Source of the DNA: Dicyema japonicum
Taxonomy: Eukaryota; Animalia; Dicyemida
NCBI GenBank assembly: GCA_011109175.1
Contig: RDEW01000032.1
Location: 306,230 to 370,229 of the forward strand
Length of the DNA: 64,000 bases
Reading direction: 5' to 3'
Shown here: positions 52,546 through 64,000 of the stretch, piece by piece
Layout: the number at the start of each line of letters is the position of its first letter
Position numbering within the stretch: the first letter of the stretch is position 1
The notes under the pieces: model-generated
The model's database searches: none
What the model was told of the DNA's origin: nothing
What the model saw: the letters and a program-made list of their open reading frames with translations, nothing else
Translations under genes and position numbers: made by a program

Positions 52546-54799
52546 AGCGAAATGAATAATATTTTATTTTAGAAATTTAAAATTTAAATAATTTTATTTC
52601 TGATAATCAATTTATAACATTTTAATAAATTTTTGTTAAATCAGGTAAGTAAGTAAAAATAGTTTTCATCGTTTCTGTAAAATACTAATTTTTACTAGAT
52701 GACAAGTTCTTAGTTTTCTACTTTAATTGAAGCGCTGATTTAGTGATTTGACTTTAGAGAATAAATTAATCCTTAGTAATCCGAATCACTGAAGGATTGA
52801 CCTCTTTTTGACCCGATGCAGAGGAACAATAAGATTAAGATTGAATTCCAGCATCAAAATTGACTTTGATATCTTGTATCAAAATTTCTAGATCAAGGTA
52901 GTCACTAATCAATTGAATGTGTCAATTTGTTTTATGTTTATCCTTGATAATTAAAATAAAGAGCTTCAAAAAAAGTTGGTTAGTAACATTTTTGTGTGAT
53001 CGCTCTGTGGACCACGTTAAAAAATTTGATCTAACACACTTCCATTGTTCCCTACAAATCGCATTATAAAATCTAACGTATCATTAAGAAAGAAAAGAAG
53101 TATGAATTTTCTCGATGTCTTGGCTTTTTTCCTCGATTAATTAAAATAATTTTTCAAACTTTGTCTTGCTTAAGCGCAATGGCTAAGAAAGGATTCGAAA
53201 GTACAGTTTTTTTTGTTTTTTATCTTAAAAATTTATTTAACGTTATTGGGAAAATTACGCTATTGCACTCGAAACCCTATACCATGGGGAAGATTCTAGA
53301 TGATTTGATTTCTTGACCGAAGGTGCCAAGAGACTTGGACAATTTGTATAATCTCCCTGGCTAATTTACTTTTCTTTTTAACCCCAATAGCTGGTCTCGC
53401 CATGGTTGCAGAAAGTGATTCCAAATACTCAAGTTCATTCAGATCCCAATTTTGCGAACCACTCAAGAAATGATCCTATGATGTTAGGGAATCAAGTGAA
53501 CCATTATCGCATTCGACTTGGAAGCCTTTTCACTCCATGAGCTTCAAAAATATATTGGAGGACTGACAGCAACTAGAACAACTCCCCAAAATAACCTGAC
53601 GTTAGAAGACCATAAAAATTATATAACTATTCGGCCAGATCACCCACAAGGCAGTATGGGAGACACAAAAGGAAATGAAATTTCTAAAGACCACAATAAT
53701 ACCAAACATACAAACAACGTTACCCGACATGCTGTAGCAGTGGCCTCATCTAGTGTAATCTGTCTAAGCGGATGTGTCCTAAGGGCTGATTTGATTTTGC
53801 ATATGAATCAGTCAGTTGGAAGAACTACTTGAATATAAAACTTTCTATTTATCGACTATTAGTATATTTAGACGCGGAGGACTGGGAATAGCTATATTAA
53901 TTTCAGACTGCAGTGTTCACAGATAGAACTGGGGCTAGAGAAAATTATTATAACTCCGGGAACACAAGACAGAGGAAAAAGTCTAAATTAATTGATCCCG
54001 GTCTCATCTCCCTCTGTCCCGAGTTTGTCTGGATTCTTTCAAGAGTGTCCAAAAGGGAGAAGGTATGTATTATAATTTACGTGCATACTCATGGTAGGCA
54101 TGAATCTCCTCTTCAAGAGGGCTTCCAGAAGACCTCGAAATTTTTAGTAAGTTGTGCTGTCCGTGTGCGAGAGAGAATGGTTCGTTGTGTTTCATCTGGC
54201 ACTGGGTCCTAACTGAGACGGGTGGATCACAAGACACCACTCTAGTACAACAAAGGAAAAGAAGAAAACTTAGAAAAGGAAGGTAAATATTAAATGAAGT
54301 AGTCCCCCTAAAGACCATCGTTACAGGTTCTACTAATAAGCCAGTGATGTGGGTAGGTTACCTGGTCCCATTAATTATTATTATTAACCCCAGGCTTACC
54401 ACTGTAAGCCCAGAACAACTGTGTCGTGCCAGAAGACTCGTCGCCTCACGGGTGAGTTCGACAAGAATTGATCTTCGCTGAAAACTCCATCTTTCGGATT
54501 TGAACCCACGACCTTCAGATCCGATGTCATCAGACGTTATATTCAGCCAGAAGGCCGGTCTCATTAATATAGATGGGGTAAGGCCTTAAAATACCTATTT
54601 TCAGAAAATATTCTTATCTAAAATTTAAATATTCTAACTAAATTAATATTCAATTTAATATGAAAATTAAAATTTAAATATTCTAACTAAATTAAATAAT
54701 ATCAATATGCTTTTGGGATATTAACTGATTATTTTAAATAAAAAAAATTAATTATTTAATATGAAATTAATTTTAAAATATACCAGCCTTTGTGGTTGT

Positions 54800-57365
54800 A
54801 TGCGAACATTACTTAGATTACTCTCATCAAATTTCCACAAAAGTAAACTGTTTTATTAATAAAAGGGAAACTATCATCCACCAACAGATCGAGCTATTCA
54901 TCAATGACAAAGCAGTGACGGTCCTCAAGGCAGTACAGTCTTTCAAGTATATATCCCCTTAATGCAGGCATGTGCTTTCGCCGGAGTAGAAATCCCCCAT
55001 TTTTGCTACCATGAAAGACTCTCCATTCCAGGTAACTGCAGAATGTGCCTTGTTGAGTTGGAGAAGTCCCCCAAAGTAAGTCATAAATTAATCCCAGCCT
55101 ATTGCTTCGTGCGCTATGCCAGCTGCACCTGGGATGAGGGTCCTTACGAACTCCCCCATGACTAAGCAAGCCAGAGAGGGAGTCATGGAGTTCATTTTGG
55201 CTAATCATCCCTGGATTGTCCAATTTGTGATCAAGCGGGGGAATGTGACCTCCAGGATCAATCTATGGCCTTTGGGTCTGACAGAAGCAGAATGATTGAC
55301 GTCAAGCGGTATTTTTGTGGAATTTATGCCTCAGTGCTGTGGAGGATAAGGATATTGGCCCCCTTGTACGGACGATTATGACTCGATGCATTCAATGTAC
55401 TCGTTGTGTACGATTTGCTTCCGAAATTGCGGGGGTTGAGGATCTGGGAACTACTGGAAGGGGATCAGACATTCAGATTGGCACCTATGTCAGCAAAATA
55501 TTCGCTTCCGAGCTTTCTGGGAATATTATTGATATTTGCCCTGTTGGTGCTCTCACTTCTAAACCGTATACATTCAAGGCTCGCCCTTGGGAGTTGAGGT
55601 ACACTTTTCTTAGTATTTGCAAGAAAATTGGTCTTTTTTGGCTCCTTAATTTAAATTATTTTATTTATTTAAACTGAATTTATTTTATTAATTTTCTCTT
55701 AATTATTTATTTTATCGTTATTTTTTGAAAATTTAATTTTTTTTAACATCTTATACTATTCAATATTTGCTTAGACGGGTGGAGAGTATTGATGTAATGG
55801 ACGCAGTCGGAAGTAATATAACTGTATGCAGTAGGTCAGATCACGTGCAGAGAATTTTACCGAGGTTAAACGAGGTTAATTCATGTGATCAAACTAATAG
55901 GAGATCAACGAGGAATGGCTGGATGATAAAGCCAGATTTGCACACGACGGTTTACAGTACCAACGATTGGTGATCCCACTGACACGTGAGTCTGCCCATG
56001 ATGAATTTGTTCACTCAGATTGGCCTACTTCGTTAAGAAGAGTTGCCCAGAAGGTAGTTTGAAGTGATATTTCAGTTAAAATCAGTTGAATCTGACCAAA
56101 TGGCTGTTCTGGCTGGCCGGTTCGCGGATTTGGAGACGCTGGCTGTTTTAAAGGACCTCTTCAACAGACTGGACTGTGAGAATCTATTCACTGAAGAATC
56201 CTTTCCTTTCTCAACGGACTTTCGGGAGTCCTACTGCCTCAATGTGGGAATTCAGAGTATTGAAGATGCTGATCTGGTCCTCATTGTTGGATTTAATCCT
56301 CGTCTGGAGTCTCCCCTTCTCAACTGCAGGATAAGAAAAGGGTACTAATGTATTTTTACCAGAGATGGCGAGAAGGTGACACACGTGTCTTTTTACTCGG
56401 TCAGAAACTAGACCTCACCTACGATTATGAGGTATGTTGTGGTCCTCAGCTTTTTTTAGTATCTGGGAGACAGCGTGTCAGTTCTGGATGAAATTGCCTC
56501 AGATAACCACCAGCTTTCGTCTGTTTACCATATGCTTACTATTTCTAGGAAATTAGAAATGCCAGAAAACCAGTTATTCTGTTAGGGTCATCGGCACTTC
56601 AAAAGGATGTCGAAATGGCCAAGAAGCTGTATTCCGGATGTCGTACGGTTTCAAATATGGTGTCATCAGCAACTTCTGTCTTCAACATAGTCCACCAGGT
56701 AAGTCGGAATTATAACTGTAGAAAGCGAGCCAAGTCGGAGCACTGGATTTGGGGTTCAAAGGAGGACAAATAGACCTGAAGAAGCTCAAATTCTTGTTCC
56801 TTTGTGGAGCTGAGGGAATTCGAAGAGATCAGTTGGCTGAAGACTGTGTGGTTGTGTATTTAGGTGACACTTTATTTCTGATATAGGTTGTCATGGAGAT
56901 TCCGGGGCTGAGATCGCGGATGTCGTCTTGCCAGGTGCTGCCTATACGGAGAAGACCGCCACATTTGTTAACACGGAGGGGCGATACCAGGAGTGTCGGA
57001 TGGCAGTATCTCCTCCGGGAAACGCGCGAGATGACTGGCAAGTGATCCGAGCCTTAGCTGAGGTTTCTGGGGTGGAGTTGCCATATGAGACTCTGAGTGG
57101 ACTTCGGAGGCGGATTTCTGACATTTTGCCGGGAATCAATAGAATGGACTATCGAGAAGAGACTATTTGCTTTAGTGATGTTGCTAAGGATGTTAACGTG
57201 AGCAACGTTGAGGCTGTGGGGAAGCTCCCTGATTGTGAGATGACCAAACTGAGTGATTACTTTATGACAGATTCAATAAGCCGTAATTCCGTGACAATGT
57301 CAAAGTGTGTTTTGTCTCATCGTGAGAATGAGAAGGATGCATTAAAACAGTCATTGTCGCGCTAA
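54800..57365 (+). CDS. NDUFS1: NADH:ubiquinone oxidoreductase 75 kDa subunit, 12 introns; three apparent missing bases in the first 420 nt
   Basis: Fe-S motifs [63 protein letters not shown] and [21 protein letters not shown]. Frameshifts near 54878, 54923 and 55210. Confidence 0.97.
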
Positions 57366-58899
57366 TAATTTATTTGTGCTAACACTTTTTAATATTTAAC
57401 TGTTTATTAGTTAGTTGGTTAGTTTAATGCACTCCCGTGTTGTCCATAAGCAAATGAGTACTTAGAGTTCCGATTGTACCTGGCTCTTCACTATACGTTC
57501 TACCAGTGATTTTCCTCCTCACACCTCTACGCAGTTCATCGTGGAGGTTTCTTGTTTAGTGTTCGAAGCGAGTTTTCTGACTTGAAAGTTGCAGCTGTAA
57601 ACGTGGTGGAATTGACAGACTGAGGGTACGATAAGAACATGATATATCAGGGAGGTGTTAACCACTCAAGCAACACAACTGTTTTTTCATTTAAACTAAT
57701 TACATAGTGATGTTACGTAGTAGCATAGTTTTTATTGGTTATTGATTTTCAGTTGTCTTTTAACTTTACTAACAAAAAAACAATTAATATGCATTCTTTA
57801 GTCCCAGTTCGTTAGATTTAAGGGTAAATATTGTTTGTCTTCATACATTCTAACTGGGGGAACTGTATAAAACCTATTTCGGGTATATCTGCGTTATTAA
57901 ATATGTTATCCTACCAGATGGATAGTAGGCTTCTATTGGGCCGAATTATCATAGTAACATAATTATGATTGTTTAACTAGTGGGATTCATTGGCTTTAGT
58001 CGAGAAGCTGTCGAATTGTGACAAAATCTATGATTTATATGGTCGGGATATTTCCATTGAAAAAATATTGTCGGACTTTAACTAAAAATGTCAATTAGCC
58101 AAGTGGGTTATTGGTCTGAGGTCGTGGGGGGTGTACCTCTATTGAGAAGAATTCCTAATAAAAAATCAAAATCTTTATTAAAATGCAGAATAATGTAATC
58201 CAAAACGTTTTCCGGTTTAAAATGTCGGTCCTTAGACAGTATTTTTCTTATAAAGAAAAACTTCATTCAACAGATAATGATTTGGAAGGACACTTTTTCA
58301 AGTAGTTGTATACATTTTTCTATTTTTGTGATAGAAAACACTTCATTGACAAATAATCTTCCAGATGCATACAGATTCCACATAAATCGTCGCCGAATGC
58401 AATTTCTGAATGTGTTCAACAGCGTCTTCTATGAAATATGTTTTTTTCTGCATTTTTTATCAATTCACATATATTGTCATATTGGCAATATATTGCTGAT
58501 AATTTTGTACGTAATTCGTTTTGAAAAACCGCTTGCGAAACATTTTTGACTAAAATCCCTTTTCCGTCGAAATTTTCGATTACTTTTTTATTTCGGTGTA
58601 ATTTTTGCATTAATAGCCGGCAACTTTCATCTATCACCCCCATCTTGTTAGAATAACTTCCAGTGGATACCCGATTTCAGCATTTTTCTGATAGATAATC
58701 GGGTGAAACGAGTTACTTGCAGAAGAAAATGGGCGGACAGTATTATATATGGACCACGTGATCATCCAGAAAGACTAAAAAAACCTTAAAGGAGCCAATG
58801 TTATATTCGTCGATTCACTAAACTGGAGACGGAGAAACCTTGTTAGGTTCACTGCTATTGACAGTATTTTTTTGAGATATCTCATTATCCAAAAGAGTG

Positions 58900-60963
<2,064 letters not shown>

Positions 60964-61066
60964 TCAGATGCTTCACTACTACTGAAAATTTAAATCATTT
61001 AAATAGTTTCAAAAATATTAAGAAATATTATTTTATAATAAATAAATCACTTATGTATCATTTCAA
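60964..61066. promoter_or_regulatory. Candidate bidirectional promoter (A/T island between divergent ECD and MOCS3 starts)
   Basis: Only 103 nt separate the two inferred ATGs, and most of it is near-pure A/T. Confidence 0.55.
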
Positions 61067-61900
61067 ATGAAAATTATGGATTATATTCGTTATGGTAGAA
61101 AACTGATTTTGCCCGAATTTGGTCTCTCAAGTACAGTAAATTCTAACTCAAGGACAAATTACTCTGAAAGACTCCCAATTCTTAATTATCGCTTCCCTCC
61201 ATCTGGCATCTTCCGGTGTTGGTTTTTACCTACGAGTGACTTTAAGGCACGAGTGGACTCATGGAATTTGATTCCGTCTTTTTATCCAATCTTCCCAGAC
61301 AACCTTTGTTTTCTGACTCAGACGTCGACCTTCCAAATGTAACACGTGCCAGAGATAGACTTGCAAGGTTCATTTGTATTTTTAATGACGTAGAATCAGT
61401 TCAGCTACTAATTATATCATTTTTAATGAGGGAATCAAATCGGATAAACCTTCTCGATTATAGAACAGTTCCACGTGGCCTTTGACTGAACTGACAACGT
61501 GACATCACGATATTTGATTAACGATGCGTGTGTGATGATTTCACGTGTTTTCATATCTGGGGCTGCTCTGGGTTTCCAGGGGCAATTAACAGTGTATAAT
61601 TACAATGGTCCCGGTTATCGATGTTTTTATCCGCAGTCTCCCACTTTTTGGCCGGGAAATGTGCTGAAAACTAAATCTTTCCAACGATTATTGGCATTAT
61701 GGGAACTCTCCAAGCTAAGGAGGCCATTAAAGTTGTAACTTGCTTTGGAGGTTTACCAACGTCTGAGTTCCAGGACCTCTAAGTGATAGATTACTAACTT
61801 ATAACAGACTCTCTGCGAGTTTTAAGACGTTTAAGCTGAGGGAATGTCAATCTAGCTGTCCTGTATGCCGAGACGACCCCTCGATCACAGAATTGAAGTA
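61067..61900 (+). pseudogene. MOCS3: MOCS3/UBA4 adenylyltransferase domain, disrupted
   Basis: [59 protein letters not shown] and CPVC. The GxGxxG motif is absent at 61190, there is a TGA at 61487, and no rhodanese domain was found. Confidence 0.88.
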
Positions 61901-62082
61901 ATGTATACTGGAATCTGTGGTACCTTAGCTATTATTCTTAAAACTGCGGTGTGGGATTTCACTTCAGGAATACTCGAAATTCAGGGATAAAGCAAGACTT
62001 GAAAAATAATTGTTCTTTTTATTTTAAATGAACTCGTGGTTAAATCTCGCAATTGATATCCGGTTACTATGGAAACACATAA

Positions 62083-62168
62083 TAAACAAGCTGCCCATAG
62101 ACTTCAAGCCACTTATGTGACATATTATGTCACATGGGCGGCGCGTAACGCATGGGCAGCCTGTTACA
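62083..62168. repeat. Palindromic TGT..ACA-type mini element; related end at 63431-63480
   Basis: gctgcccat..atgtgacata-t-tatgtcacat..atgggcagcctgttaca. 63431 begins tgtaacaggctgcccat..catgtgacatatta. Confidence 0.8.
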
Positions 62169-62453
62169 TTTTTTCGACCTTGAAAAGGTCTTTTGATTAT
62201 CCGACATTATTATTATTAATGTCGGATCACTGGGTCAAAAAGAAAGAAATAAAAGTTCTCATCTAACTAAGCGATCCCAGACCGACAAAAGTGAGGATGA
62301 GTCCCTCATTGGATTATCCGACATTTAATTTTGTATATCCGATTTATATCGTGATTTAATCCTGTTAAATTAGTTTTTTATTTATAAATGTTATGATTAT
62401 AAAGATTTTATTTTTTATAGCGGTAAACCTAGATTTCTAGCGTGATTTATAGC

Positions 62454-63285
62454 ATGGAAGATTATTTTGTTGCAATGGCTTCTTACAAGGGTTTTGTGAA
62501 AGATTGCGTTGAATATCAAACTTTAAAAGATGCTTTGCATGATAAATTTCCCGAAAATCTTCCGAGGCACCGAAAATATAGGCTTGTAAAGAAGATAGAG
62601 AATTTTTCTAATAACAATAACAGGTATTGTAAATTTTCAATAATTTTAGAATGTATCTTAAATCAACTGATCCCAAGTTAGTCATATCCCTGGATAATGA
62701 AACCGAAATGGAGCATGTTGCGAATCGTTGCACGAGTTTTCACACGGAGGAGTCAATAAAATTATATCGGTCCATTAATGTTCTAACGAAAGTCCTTTCG
62801 AAAGATATCGAGGAATTAAGGGAATAAATTCAATAATTAATGGTTATACTTATATCACATTATGACTTATATAATTTAAGTGATGAGTATGCGATTCAAG
62901 AACAAATTGACGATTTGGTTAATTGTTCGACTCCAGAATCTATTGAAAATTCACGTAGGTTGATTTAAAAAATTTATATCTAGATAATTCCAAGTCAGAT
63001 AATTTGTGTCCGAATGCCAAGAAATTTAATTTCGAAATTAAATCGATTGAAGAAAATTCGAATTATTACGAAGCTATGAACAGGAAAATGAATGTTCATA
63101 ATAGTAAATATACTTTTAACATGGGAGATAAAGTATGAATCAAAAACATTAATAAATAGGTTCGGGCTAAAAATGACTTTGGAACAAATCCCTCATTGCG
63201 ACTCGATAAGTTTGAGTCTCAGTATTATCCAGTTGCAGAAATAATTAATATTTTATCGAATAATCGCGTGGAGGTAGTTTTAAAT
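62454..63285 (+). mobile_element. Ginger/KRBA2-like integrase remnant with tiny introns; catalytic core not seen
   Basis: YQTLKDALHDKFPENL..KYRLVKKIENF, a 26-nt intron at 62624-62649, then CHE.SHGGVNK after a +1 correction (integrase HH motif), and C-terminal FNMGDKV.IKN..EIINILSNNRVEV. Confidence 0.55.
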
Positions 63286-64000
63286 AGTTTAATTTGATAG
63301 ATAAAAAATTCGAAAGGAGAAATATCGACTGTATTAATGAGTAGACCAAAAAAAGTTACTTAAATTTAATTTTTTGTGGTTAATAAATTATTTATAAAAT
63401 TAATTGAAGTTAATCTTGGTTCAAGGTTAATGTAACAGGCTGCCCATAGGTAACTCTTGGCCCATGTGACATATTATAAACTGAACCGAATGCCACCTAA
63501 ACTTTTGATTTTGTATTTTTTGCAGATGCGCTAGTGGATAAAAACATAATCATCATTTTTTATTTCAACTCGTTGAGTGGGCTTATATTTGTATTTTACA
63601 ATGATTTCATAATGATCTTTTAAAAATATATTTGTTTAGTTGATTTTCCGGTTTGGGAAATCACATTGTTGACTCTTCTACTAGTAAGTGACCATCTTTG
63701 ATCTCTTTTCCTTTACTATTGAACATCTTATTCAGAAGATTTTACTTCGCTAAATATATGGTACCTGAACGATTGAGGAAGTCAACATATTTCAGAAAAT
63801 TTTGCTTTTCATGTAGACTTATGACTAGAGAATCGAAGGCTAAGAGACGAAAATTGTGGGAAGAGAACGTGGGAGTTTGGTGGCTTATCTTCGTATGACC
63901 ACTAATAAGTTATCCTGGTCTCGAAAAGATAACACAATTTTTGCATGAGAGGCCAGTTGAGTGGGATCGATGGGATATTGGAATCTTTATTTTTTTATTT

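Noticed and set aside
54870-55215. C-insertion RNA editing suggested by three missing Cs in NDUFS1
   Set aside because: Other genes need missing Gs or have extra bases, and the tandem repeat at 49588 differs only by homopolymer indels. Sequencing error is simpler; only a cDNA-genome comparison could revive it.

Overview
AT-rich eukaryotic nuclear DNA (roughly one-third GC by eye). Conserved genes are split by very short GT-AG introns, mostly 20-27 nt. This architecture is best known from dicyemid mesozoans; that taxon assignment is inference. Recognisable genes: a divergent TMC channel (26771-28957 +), a NitFhit fusion (42657-44108 -), MIC60/IMMT (46266-48050 +, intact), an HBS1L-V3/SKI7-like C-terminus (about 52219-52545 -), NDUFS1 (54800-57365 +), ECD (about 58900-60963 -, with a SINE in an exon) and a damaged MOCS3/UBA4 (61067-61900 +). 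Several carry single-base indels at homopolymer runs, probably in part from assembly error. The rest is largely decayed mobile DNA (RTE, I/Nimb-like, CRE-like and Penelope-like retroelements, tRNA-derived SINEs, a Buster-type hAT, a Ginger-like integrase), a 3.6/2.8 kb segmental duplication, and five copies of an unknown intron-containing gene family. Three window-wide signals are not explained by these features: (1) the palindrome CACGTG occurs at least 34 times against about 5 expected, including inside exons in several frames; (2) short near-pure A/T islands recur every 1-2 kb; (3) top-strand composition tends to run C/A-rich just right of an island and G/T-rich just left of the next. All counts are by hand and need computational confirmation.
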